Source of the DNA: a virus
Lineage: Duplodnaviria > Caudoviricetes
IMG/VR virus record: IMGVR_UViG_3300024996_000147
Location: 1-35,211 of that record
Direction: 5' to 3' (one strand)
Length of the DNA: 35,211 nucleotides
Below, in pieces: positions 17,840 through 26,207 of this stretch. Within the stretch, counting starts at the first letter, position 1, and each line of letters starts with the position of its first letter. A program made the position numbers and the translations under genes. Under the pieces are notes generated by a model. That model was given only the letters and a program-made list of their open reading frames with translations, made no database searches and had not been told where the DNA came from.

Positions 17840-17984
17840 GCGGCCCCGTCGCCACGAGGCCGCGTTCTGGCGGGCGGCGGATCTGTGATCCCTTCGCCGG
17901 CCGGGGTAGCGACCCGTTATGCCGGCGATCCCATCGGGTGCAGGGGGCCTCGCGAGCCGTACCTGGCCGCCCTTTCGGGGCATT
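17840..17984 (-). ncRNA. Structured tRNA 3' trailer (multibranch fold plus terminal hairpin)
   Basis: Stems GGGCGGC/GCCGCCC, CAGG/CCTG with GCGA loop, TCGCCGGC/GCCGGCGA, GGATC/GATCC and GCGGCCTCGT/ACGGGGCCGC. Confidence 0.4.
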
Positions 17985-18059
17985 TGGTTGCGGGAGGAGG
18001 ATTTGAACCTCCGACCTCCGGATTATGAGCCCGGCGCGCTACCCCTGCGCTACCCCGCT
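17985..18059 (-). tRNA. tRNA-Met(CAT), initiator (fMet)-like, 75 nt with encoded CCA
   Basis: AGCGGGG TA GCGC AGGGGTA GCGC G CCGGG CTCATAA TCCGG AGGTC GGAGG TTCAAAT CCTCC TCCCGCA A CCA forms a complete cloverleaf with a 1:72 mismatch and fMet-type TTCAAAT loop. Confidence 0.93.
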
Positions 18060-18065
18060 AAACTG

Positions 18066-18323
18066 CTACTCGGCGGCGCCGTCCTCGGTCTGCTCCGGGG
18101 CCTTGGCCGGGCCGACATGGAGCAACGGGTCGTCGATGATCGCCTGTGCCTCCTTCTCCGACAGATCGGAGAGCGCCAGGATGACAGGGGTCGGCCCAAA
18201 ATCGCGGCCGGCACGGCGGCGCCCCTCCTTCGGGCCAGTGATCGAGATGTAACGGCCGCCACGCTGTTTGCGCTCCGGCCGCTCAGAGGAGGCGTCGGGT
18301 AGGGTTTGGGGGTCTTTGGCCAT
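18066..18323 (-). CDS. Mu gp35 / HI1506-like head-region protein
   Basis: I.GPKEGRRRAGRDFG..P.....L.......I..DPLL.V motif; GAGGAG SD. Confidence 0.8.
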   Translation of the reverse strand: MAKDPQTLPDASSERPERKQRGGRYISITGPKEGRRRAGRDFGPTPVILALSDLSEKEAQAIIDDPLLHVGPAKAPEQTEDGAAE

Positions 18324-18421
18324 GATCAGGTCTCCTCAGAGGGGCTTACCGGCAGGCCCCGCAAGGCCGGCTGGAAAGCCCCTGGCCGCGAGGGCCAGGG
18401 GAAGGTTACGCGGGGAGGAAC

Positions 18422-19315
18422 TCAGCCCAGCCAGGGCACCACGACGAGCTCGACGCGGTTGAAGTCGAGGTTGCTTTCGCCGCCGGCGAGATTGGCCTTT
18501 TTCAGGATGACCTCAGCGGCCGCCCGGTTGGTCGGCCCGGTGACCAGAGCGTTGGGCGTGATGGCCAGCGGCACGCCGTAATCGCCCTTGAGCTTGGTCA
18601 TGGCGGTGTAAGCGGCGCCGAAATTCGCCACCGTCAGGTCAGCCTTAGAGCCGAAAGCCGTCTGCCAGAAGCCAAAGCCGGCGGTGTTGCGGCTGTCGGC
18701 GCCGTAGCGGAATTCCTTCTTCGTGAAGACGCTCTCGTCATCCGGATTGTCCATCGCCACGAAGCGCGGTGCCTGACGGTTTTGGAAGATGATCGGCTTG
18801 AGCGCCTTGGTCAGGTCCATCAGATACCAGGGCGAGCCGGCGCCGGTCTGGACGTTGGAGACTGACGTAAGACTGCCGGCCGCATCGAGCACCGGATGGT
18901 CGCTGTCGAAATAGTACTGACCGTCGAAACAGTTGGTCGAGAAGCCCTGCGGCAGCGTGGCGAACACCAGTTCGTCGGGCTGACGCGCGGCCGCATCGCC
19001 AAGCATGCGGGCGATCGGGGAATAGATGCCGTAGCGATCATCGGAAATCGCATTTCCTTTGACCGAAATCGTATCTTCCCAGTCCTCGTTGACCAGACGA
19101 TAGGACGAGGTCTTGACGTTCTTGACCTGCCGCTCGCCGATCCACTTGCGCATGCCGGGGATCTGGTCGAGCCAGGGATAGAGCTCCTCGCTCGTCGTCG
19201 AGGGCACCTCAGTGGCAAAACGCGCCCACATCGGCTGTACCGCCGCGATGCCCGCCTGGAAGTTGGTGCGCAGCCCGGTGGTCAGGATACGCAGATTGGC
19301 CGAATTGATGATCAT
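18422..19315 (-). CDS. Mu-like major head subunit gpT
   Basis: MIIN, VPST...E.Y.WL...P.MR.WIGER, CFDGQYYFDSDHPV, KPIIFQ.R, GFGFWQ.A.GS, PWL. Confidence 0.96.
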   Translation of the reverse strand: MIINSANLRILTTGLRTNFQAGIAAVQPMWARFATEVPSTTSEELYPWLDQIPGMRKWIGERQVKNVKTSSYRLVNEDWEDTISVKGNAISDDRYGIYSPIARMLGDAAARQPDELVFATLPQGFSTNCFDGQYYFDSDHPVLDAAGSLTSVSNVQTGAGSPWYLMDLTKALKPIIFQNRQAPRFVAMDNPDDESVFTKKEFRYGADSRNTAGFGFWQTAFGSKADLTVANFGAAYTAMTKLKGDYGVPLAITPNALVTGPTNRAAAEVILKKANLAGGESNLDFNRVELVVVPWLG

Positions 19316-19370
19316 GGTCGGTCCTCGGGCGCGGCGGTGCCGCGATGGTTAGGGGTTGCGGGCGGCGGCC

Positions 19371-19775
19371 TTAGCGGATCTCGACCCAGACGCCGGCGGC
19401 CTCGACCTCGAGCACCTTGCCGGCCTTGGACAGCGTGTTGGCGCCGCTCGTCTTGGCGACAGTCTCGTCGTCGGCGATGTAGCAATCACTGAGCACGTCC
19501 GCCTGGGTCAGCGGATCGGTCGCCGAATTCTTGAACCGGAACACGCCGCGCTGCGCCGTGACGCTCAGCGCACCATCGGCACCGCCGGTATTGTCCGCAC
19601 TCTCCTCGGCGCGGCCGGCCGCCTTGAGCGTGGTCGCGACCGCGCCAGGCGTCGCATAGCCGGTGGCGCTGACGCAGACGATGCCGCCCTGGTGGATGAC
19701 CTTGGCGGCGGCGACGGGGAGCACCAGGAGGTCGGGTTCGCGCGTCCAGGTGTCGCGGGGTTTGCTGAGTGCCAT
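19371..19775 (-). CDS. Head decoration / capsid cement-like protein
   Basis: MAL..PR.T, DNTGGADG..SV...RGVF.F.NS, CYI.DD.TVAKT; lies between protease and capsid. Confidence 0.75.
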   Translation of the reverse strand: MALSKPRDTWTREPDLLVLPVAAAKVIHQGGIVCVSATGYATPGAVATTLKAAGRAEESADNTGGADGALSVTAQRGVFRFKNSATDPLTQADVLSDCYIADDETVAKTSGANTLSKAGKVLEVEAAGVWVEIR

Positions 19776-19808
19776 GTGAGCGGGCTCCGGTAGTGGATCG
19801 GGTTGAGG

Positions 19809-20282
19809 TCAGGCGGCGCGTTCGGCGGCGCGCGCCGCGAGGAAATCGGCCTCGCTCACGCCGAGGTTGCGGACGATCGCCCGCTCGGCATCGGTGAGAG
19901 ATCCGGCCGTCGCGGCCGGGTCACCGGGGATTGCCGGGTCTTGGCCAGGCTTGAGCAGCACCGGCATGGCGTCGATCGCCGCCTTGGTGGCGTCGTAAGC
20001 GGCGCTGGCGAGCGCCAGGTACTGATCCTTGGCGGCCGGCGCGAGCTTGCCGGCCGCGATCGCGCCGTCGACGAGGGTGGCGCAACGCGCGGTCTGCGCG
20101 GCCTGGTTGGCCGCATCGATCGTCGCCTGGGCGGCCGACAAGGCCGCGACCGTCGCGGCGTGCTGTGCCGCCGGCACGAATTTCTCGGGGTCCGGCATCG
20201 ACAGCGCCGTGATCGCGCTGAGGGTCTCCGGCAGCGATGCAGCTTCCTTCAGGCCGAGCGCGGCCAGAATTTCCTTGAGCAT
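19809..20282 (-). CDS. Nested in-frame scaffold protein (Mu gpZ-like)
   Basis: Internal AAGGAAG-CCCCC-ATG start (MLKEILAALGL) right after the protease domain. Confidence 0.7.
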   Translation of the reverse strand: MLKEILAALGLKEAASLPETLSAITALSMPDPEKFVPAAQHAATVAALSAAQATIDAANQAAQTARCATLVDGAIAAGKLAPAAKDQYLALASAAYDATKAAIDAMPVLLKPGQDPAIPGDPAATAGSLTDAERAIVRNLGVSEADFLAARAAERAA

Positions 20283-20801
20283 GGGGGCTTCCTTGGTTTG
20301 CGAGGCTGATGCGATGGCGGGCATACCGAGCGCCGGCGACGAGACGAGCGCAGCACCTTTGAGGAGGCGCGCCGTGACGCCATCCTCGTCGCGCCAGAAT
20401 GTCGGAGAGATGTAGCGATAAGCCTTGGCCGCGAGGGCTGTGACTGCATCGGGCAGCCATTCGACCTTGCCGAAAAGCCCCTCCGCACGAGCCTCGACGG
20501 CTACGATCCAGGCACGAGCGGGCTTCGAACCCAGCAACATCGCGTATTCGGTCTCGTGGTCGAAGTCGATCGGCAGCTTGAGAGTGTCATCGGCAAAGGC
20601 GGCGGCCAGGCGCTCAGGGTCGAACACAAACCGTCGGCGATCGCGCGCCTCGACGGCGCCACGCGGCGTCAGTTGCACCCAGACCGGCGGTGTCGCCACT
20701 CCATCGGCTCCGGCCGCCGCAAGGGCAACCTCAAACGCAACACCGCCGGCGGTGAGGCCAGGGGGCAGTGCGTCGTCTCGGGTGGTGGATCGGTGCGCCA
20801 T
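19809..20801 (-). CDS. Mu-like protease I with C-terminal scaffold
   Basis: WVQL.P.G....RD.R, LPIDFDH, A.AWI, VEW, YRYISPTF, AALV..PAL. ATG 20801 has no SD. Confidence 0.92.
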   Translation of the reverse strand: MAHRSTTRDDALPPGLTAGGVAFEVALAAAGADGVATPPVWVQLTPRGAVEARDRRRFVFDPERLAAAFADDTLKLPIDFDHETEYAMLLGSKPARAWIVAVEARAEGLFGKVEWLPDAVTALAAKAYRYISPTFWRDEDGVTARLLKGAALVSSPALGMPAIASASQTKEAPMLKEILAALGLKEAASLPETLSAITALSMPDPEKFVPAAQHAATVAALSAAQATIDAANQAAQTARCATLVDGAIAAGKLAPAAKDQYLALASAAYDATKAAIDAMPVLLKPGQDPAIPGDPAATAGSLTDAERAIVRNLGVSEADFLAARAAERAA

Positions 20802-20830
20802 GTCCGGCACATTGGCCGTAGGCGCGGTCG

Positions 20831-20856
20831 CAAAAGAGGGTGACGCGCGTCACCCC
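20831..20856 (-). promoter_or_regulatory. Putative late promoter element 2 (protease/capsid operon)
   Basis: Palindrome at 20838-20855; -10-like CAATGT at 20814-20809. Confidence 0.75.
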
Positions 20857-20971
20857 TCACGCAATTTCCGGGAGGCTTTCGCTGGGCGCCAGCATGCGCT
20901 ATATTCGCCGAGCGGTCGAGCCATGCTGTGCCGGTCATGAGCCGGGAGGGACTAGCGCCCCTCCGACCGCT

Positions 20972-22177
20972 TCAATCCCCTTTTATTCTCGATTTTGCGG
21001 CCTTGCCGACATTCTCGGCCGCGTCGGGCCGGAGGGAGGTCAGCAGGATCTCGTCCTCGGCCGTGCGCTTGATCACAGCTTTCCAGGGCCGCTCGCCAAA
21101 ATAGCGCCAGAGCGCGAGATCGCCGTCATCGATGACAGCGTCGGGCGCGTCGATGATCTGCTGCACCAGGTCGTAATCCGCAATGGCGAGTGGCTGGTGC
21201 CGGCGGGCGCGCGACTGCTTTTCGGCGGTGGCGATGGTCATCGCCACGGTGCGGCTCGTCGTGCCGAGGGCGCGGGCGGCATCATCGGAGAGCGCGGCAA
21301 CCGGCCAGCGCAGATCACGGATGGCGTGATCGCCCGGCATGGTGGGCTTATAGCCGGCGCCATTGTCGACGACATACTCAAACACCGGGTCCTTGCGCAT
21401 CTGGGCGATCGTCTCGCGCCGCACGTCTGTCGTCATCGCGTCCAGCTTGGCGGTCATGCGCTTGCCGGCCATCTGCTCGCGGGACATGCCGGGGTTGCTG
21501 TCCCAGCCCGGATCAATGCCGGCCGGCACCATGCGCGTCTCGCCAGTGGCACGGTTGGTCCAGGAGCGCGGATCGAGCGGCGGTGCCTCGGTCGGCACGC
21601 CGTCGCGCGGCTCGGCACGCGAGCGCGCCCGACATTTGCAGCGCCAGCCATTGGGCGGGTAATGCGTCGACCACCAGTCGTCATCCACGGGGAGCGTCGT
21701 GCCGACCCATGACAGGTGCAGCGGGCGCTTACGCTCCGAGGTCGAGGTCATGTACTCGAGATAGGGGAGCACGTCCTTGACGCGCTGGATGCGGCCCCAG
21801 TCGCCGGCCGCCTCGGCCGAGCGGATATTGGCATCGTAGATCAGGTCGAGCCGGCGCAGCGAACCGAGCTGTGCCTTGACGATCTCGCCGGTGCGCGGAT
21901 CGGTAATCTGTTTGACGCCCCACCAGCCCTTGGCCTTGAGGATCGGCGTCAGCTCGTCGCGAAACTGCGCAAACGGCACGCGATCGACAACCGCCTTTTG
22001 CACGGCCGATCGGATATCGTCGAGCACATCAAAACCGGCGGTGCGCGCCACGGTAAAGCCAAGCGCGTGCTCCCTGGGAGCCATCTCGGCCCAGTGAAAT
22101 GTCGGTCGGCTCGGCCGCCGCTTGAAATAGTCGACGACTTCTTTCGGCGCGGTCTGAAACAGCTTCTCGTCGGCCAT
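20972..22177 (-). CDS. MuF (gp30) minor head protein with C-terminal extension
   Basis: H..GFTVA, L..KGWWG, RL..IYDAN, R..H..W.G..LP.DD.WW..HYPPNGWRCKC, GIDPGW.SNPG, then ~130 extra residues. Confidence 0.92.
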   Translation of the reverse strand: MADEKLFQTAPKEVVDYFKRRPSRPTFHWAEMAPREHALGFTVARTAGFDVLDDIRSAVQKAVVDRVPFAQFRDELTPILKAKGWWGVKQITDPRTGEIVKAQLGSLRRLDLIYDANIRSAEAAGDWGRIQRVKDVLPYLEYMTSTSERKRPLHLSWVGTTLPVDDDWWSTHYPPNGWRCKCRARSRAEPRDGVPTEAPPLDPRSWTNRATGETRMVPAGIDPGWDSNPGMSREQMAGKRMTAKLDAMTTDVRRETIAQMRKDPVFEYVVDNGAGYKPTMPGDHAIRDLRWPVAALSDDAARALGTTSRTVAMTIATAEKQSRARRHQPLAIADYDLVQQIIDAPDAVIDDGDLALWRYFGERPWKAVIKRTAEDEILLTSLRPDAAENVGKAAKSRIKGD

Positions 22178-22301
22178 CGGTCACCGCCCGCCGCAGAGGC
22201 CCGCAGGCGGGCGCGAGCGGCTGCCGGCGCCCATCTGTCGAATAAAGGGACAGCCCCCGCCCAACCGTTTCAAAACCGCTTTAACGGCGACGTTGCCGGC
22301 G

Positions 22302-23900
22302 TCACTCATCTCCAGCATCGCCACGGCCCCGTGCGATCAGGGTTTCTATGCCCAGACGGCGCGCCAGGCGCTTGACCGGGAGCCCCGGTGCCAGGCGGTC
22401 GAGGCTCGCCTGGAATGCCTCGTAGCTGTCGGCCTCGTCGGCCGCAGCACGGATCGCGGCGACGATCGGCGCCATGGTCGGCTCCCAGCCCTCGAGCGCC
22501 TCGGCGATCTGCAGGTCAGCCTCGCTGGCCTCATCACCCGGCGCATCGGCCGCAAGCCGGGCCGGGCCACAGGACGGGCACTGGCGCGGATCAAGCCGAT
22601 AGGGCGAGATGGCGCTGGCCTCGCCGATCGGCGACGGCGGCGTGGCCTTGATATCGGACTTGCCGGGCTTGAGCAGCTTGGCGCCGTTGTCCGGCTCCTT
22701 GAGACCGAGGACATCATAAATCTGGCTCTGCTCGACCTCGAGCCCGCGATCGACCAACTGGCCGACGGCGTCCGACCAGACCTGCAAATCCTTGCGCTCC
22801 GGGATCGGCATATGGACACGCGGATAGAGCTTTTGCGGCCCGAAGTTGAGATCAACCACCGGGCGGATCATCTGCCCCATCAAGGTCAGCGCGAGGTCTC
22901 GCGCGTCGGAACGCTTGATGTCGATGCGGACCTTGTCGAGCGTCTCCTCGCCGGCGCGCGACGAGGCGATGCCGTCGCCGGGCTTGCCGATGATCAGCTT
23001 GGCGAGCTGCTCGTCGAGATAGCGCGCCGAGGTCTCGAACGGCTTGTCGGAAAAACCCTTGGCCTCGACGAGCTCGAGCTCCATGCCCATCGGCACGATC
23101 GCCGCCGCATCGCGGCCGAGGTTGCGCACGGCGGCGAGCAGCACGGCACGATCGTCACTGGACGAGCCCGGCCCGTATTTGCCGAGCCGCATCGGCATGC
23201 CGTAAATCTCGAGAAACTGTGCCCAGTCGCGCAAGTTGAACGACTTGAGCATGAAACTCCACACCGCGACGCGGGCGAGCCCATTGCGCGCCGGCAGGCC
23301 CATCTTGAGCAGCGGCACATGCACCAGGTACTTGAGCGGCTCGAGCGGCCGGCCATCCGGCTCGCCCTGGACGCGTAGGCGGAACTCGCGCCTGGTCTCA
23401 CGGTCGAACTGGAATAGCCTCGGGTCGCGCCAGATGAACTGGCGCGGCAGCCAGGCCGAGCCGGTCTCCCACACCATCTCAACGGCGGAGTAGCCCTTGG
23501 CGAGCCCGTCGACGAGCATGTCGATGACCTGCCCGAAGGCCGGCGTCTCGATGATCTCGTTGCGCAAAAAATCGGCGATCTCGATGTCGCGCGCGCTCTC
23601 GCTCGCCGGATCGACCTGCAGGTTGAGACTGGTGACGCCGTTTTTGCGCGTCTCCAGCACGTAGCGGTAATGCGGTTCTCGCTCCTCGATCTCCTCGGCG
23701 AGCGTGAGAAAATCATACATCTCGCCGATCGCCGCATCGCGCAGCGTGGCGGCGAGCCGGCCGGGCGTCAGGCCCGGGGCGACGAAGTCGTCAAACTGGT
23801 GCCGGACGCCGGTGACGCTCGGCACGGCGCGCTCCTGGCTGAGCACGGCGCGCTGGATCGGCTGGCCGTCCGGACCGAGGATCTTGTAGGGGGTCGCCAT
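22302..23900 (-). CDS. Portal protein (DUF935, Mu gp29-like)
   Basis: GLTP.RLA..LR.A, KGYSAVEMVW, DWAQFLEIYGMPMRLGKY. Confidence 0.94.
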   Translation of the reverse strand: MATPYKILGPDGQPIQRAVLSQERAVPSVTGVRHQFDDFVAPGLTPGRLAATLRDAAIGEMYDFLTLAEEIEEREPHYRYVLETRKNGVTSLNLQVDPASESARDIEIADFLRNEIIETPAFGQVIDMLVDGLAKGYSAVEMVWETGSAWLPRQFIWRDPRLFQFDRETRREFRLRVQGEPDGRPLEPLKYLVHVPLLKMGLPARNGLARVAVWSFMLKSFNLRDWAQFLEIYGMPMRLGKYGPGSSSDDRAVLLAAVRNLGRDAAAIVPMGMELELVEAKGFSDKPFETSARYLDEQLAKLIIGKPGDGIASSRAGEETLDKVRIDIKRSDARDLALTLMGQMIRPVVDLNFGPQKLYPRVHMPIPERKDLQVWSDAVGQLVDRGLEVEQSQIYDVLGLKEPDNGAKLLKPGKSDIKATPPSPIGEASAISPYRLDPRQCPSCGPARLAADAPGDEASEADLQIAEALEGWEPTMAPIVAAIRAAADEADSYEAFQASLDRLAPGLPVKRLARRLGIETLIARGRGDAGDE

Positions 23901-23909
23901 CCTGTTACC

Positions 23910-25628
23910 TCACCAAAGGCCGTCGCGCCGGTCGGGCATCATCACGTCGCGCACATCGTCACGAGCATCGCGCCGGCTGCGAGCATCGGCGCCAGGCCGA
24001 GCGCTCTGGTAGCCGTAAGCCTCCACCGTCATGCGGGTTGCGGCATAGGCGAGCGCCAGGCCGATGGCATAGTCGCCATGGCGCTTCTCGCCGGTCGATG
24101 AGGTGATGCGCAGCGCCGGCACTTGGGCGATACCGCGCACGATCTTGACCATGCGCAGGTCGGCATTGTGATCGGCATCGGCCGGGATCGAGATCGTATC
24201 GTCTTCAAACGCCGCCTTAAGTGGCGGCATTTCGATGCGGTACCACTCGGTCGAGAGCTTAACCCCGACCATGCACGGGCCGTATTTGAGCATCCCGTTC
24301 TCGGCGAGCTGGTTGCCGATGCCGGTGGCATCCGTGCAACTGCCGACAAAGCGCGGCAGCCCGTCGACGATGGCGTCGCGGATCTGCTCCTGATGGACAA
24401 ACGGCACCCGGTGCATCTCGACGACAAACGGCACGACACGGCGCATGATGCGCGTGATCTGGATCGGCACGATCACCGAGGCGTCACGATAGCGGGCGAC
24501 GTCATGGCCGAGCGCGCTCATCAGGTGCGGGTCGAGCGTGTCCCGCATCACCGGCAGGAGTTCCTGCTCGATCCAGGCGCGGATCTCGGCGTTGCGGTGG
24601 ATCTCCGGCCGGAAGACAAAATCGGCCGGCAAGCTCAGCCGAAGCACGCGCTGCTCACCAGGTGGCGGCTGCACCATGCGCGCCTCGATCAAGGCCGAGG
24701 TCAGCCAGGCGCCGGAGCCCTGCGAGGGGATGCAATAGAGCTCCTCGTCGGCGCCATCGGCATAATCGTCGATCAGCTTTTCGCGCCAGTCCGCCTCTTT
24801 TTCGGGCGTCCACTCGCCATGCTTGTGCGGATTGATCAGGCAGATGCGCTCGAACAGGCCGTCGCGCAGGGCATCGTCGAGATCAAAGCGCACCAGGCCG
24901 TATTTGCGCCGGCCGCTGCGGATGTCCTGGATCGCCTGGTTGAACGGATTGGCATCGCCGTTGTGCGTCGAGATGACCAGCACCTTGCCGCCCCAGACGA
25001 GAAACGCCATGGCGGCTTTGAGCAACTCGCCGAGGTTGTCTACGAAGGCCGCCTCGTCGAGGATGGCAAAGCCCTGGCGGCCGCGCAAGCTACGCGGCTT
25101 GGACGACAGCGCGACGATCGAATAGCCGGAAGCGAAGTCGATTTTAAGGGCCTGAATGCCCTTCTCGCTGCCATCGTCGAAGATCGTTTCGCTGATCGCC
25201 GAGCAGGCCCGCTCGAACAGCCGGGCCCAGTCGGCCGCCGCGTCGATAAACTCTTTGGCCATGTCATGCGACGTGCCCATATAGAGCGTATCCATGCCGC
25301 CCTGGCCGCGCGCCGAGGCCGAGAGCAACACCGCGTGCGCCGCTGCGCCCCAGGTTGCGCCCGTGCGGCGGCTTTTTTCAACGAAAACGACATCGTATTG
25401 TTCGCAGGCGTGGATGATGCGCGCCTGGTAGCCGAGCAGCGTCGCGGTCTCGCGCCAGTCAGCAGCGGTGGCACGGCCCTGGTCAATGCGGAGCTGGACC
25501 CACTGGTCGCGCGTCGGACGCTGGCCAGCCTCTGGCGTCGTGCCAAGCACCGTGGCGAGTGCGACAGCGCCAACCGCAGCTGCCTTGAGGCTCTGTTTGG
25601 CAGCAGCGAGGATGGATTTGCTATCCAT
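23910..25628 (-). CDS. Terminase large subunit (Mu gp28-like)
   Basis: EKSRRTGATW, LSS.PRSLRGRQG..ILDEAAF, ISTHNG..NPFN, G.D.AR..D, DATGIG, HGD. Confidence 0.95.
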   Translation of the reverse strand: MDSKSILAAAKQSLKAAAVGAVALATVLGTTPEAGQRPTRDQWVQLRIDQGRATAADWRETATLLGYQARIIHACEQYDVVFVEKSRRTGATWGAAAHAVLLSASARGQGGMDTLYMGTSHDMAKEFIDAAADWARLFERACSAISETIFDDGSEKGIQALKIDFASGYSIVALSSKPRSLRGRQGFAILDEAAFVDNLGELLKAAMAFLVWGGKVLVISTHNGDANPFNQAIQDIRSGRRKYGLVRFDLDDALRDGLFERICLINPHKHGEWTPEKEADWREKLIDDYADGADEELYCIPSQGSGAWLTSALIEARMVQPPPGEQRVLRLSLPADFVFRPEIHRNAEIRAWIEQELLPVMRDTLDPHLMSALGHDVARYRDASVIVPIQITRIMRRVVPFVVEMHRVPFVHQEQIRDAIVDGLPRFVGSCTDATGIGNQLAENGMLKYGPCMVGVKLSTEWYRIEMPPLKAAFEDDTISIPADADHNADLRMVKIVRGIAQVPALRITSSTGEKRHGDYAIGLALAYAATRMTVEAYGYQSARPGADARSRRDARDDVRDVMMPDRRDGLW

Positions 25629-26205
25629 TCTCGTTCTCCGGCCGGACGTTGAACAAACCGCGCTTGAAGTCCTCGCGCATTTCGGCGGTGATGCCCTTGA
25701 CCTTAGCCACCTTGTCGATCGCCGCCTCGGCCTTCTTCCGGAAATCACGATCGATGATCTTGCGGGTGTCGGCCGAGATCTTCTTGGCGCCCTCGGCGCG
25801 GTGCAGCGCGGTCGCGAAATTGGCCATCATCTCGGCGGTCAGCGGGCTCGCCTTGAGGTTGCCGGCGTTCTCGAGCATCTCGAATACGAGCGTCTTGAGG
25901 GTTTCGGACAGCAACAGCGTCAGATCCTCGTCGCCGCCATCCTCGAATTTCGTGGCGAGGGCAGAGGCCATCTCGCGCACCTCGCCGAGGCGGTGCGACA
26001 TGCGGGCGGTGCGGACGGCCGCACGATTAAAAGCCGAGGCGGAAATCGCCTCGAGCCCCTTCATTTTCAGGCGGAGGTTAAAGGCCTCGCGAATGTCCTC
26101 CTGGGTCATCTTGCGGGCGCGCAGCTGCCCGAACGCCCAGACGACATCCTCCTCGGCCTCGGGCGGCAGCAAGTCGATCGACGAGAGGCGGCCACGCGTG
26201 GCCAT
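25621..26205 (-). CDS. DUF3486 / Mu gp27-like (putative terminase small subunit)
   Basis: RGRLSSIDLLP, ISASAFNR; immediately upstream of the terminase. Confidence 0.88.
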   Translation of the reverse strand: MATRGRLSSIDLLPPEAEEDVVWAFGQLRARKMTQEDIREAFNLRLKMKGLEAISASAFNRAAVRTARMSHRLGEVREMASALATKFEDGGDEDLTLLLSETLKTLVFEMLENAGNLKASPLTAEMMANFATALHRAEGAKKISADTRKIIDRDFRKKAEAAIDKVAKVKGITAEMREDFKRGLFNVRPENENG

Positions 26206-26207
26206 GG

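Noticed and set aside
17880-17984. HDV-like (theta) ribozyme after the tRNA
   Set aside because: I could not build the nested double pseudoknot by eye; no P1 partner follows the candidate P3. Kept only as a generic structured RNA.
17985-18059. tRNA as a prophage integration site
   Set aside because: It lies mid-operon between two head genes with no duplicated 3' fragment or integrase, and the phage end at 1218 is Mu-type.
22178-22301. Hairpin CGCCCGCC/GGCGGGCG and AT-rich patch between portal and MuF as a CtrA box or promoter
   Set aside because: Only one TTAA half-site and no late palindrome; not enough support.
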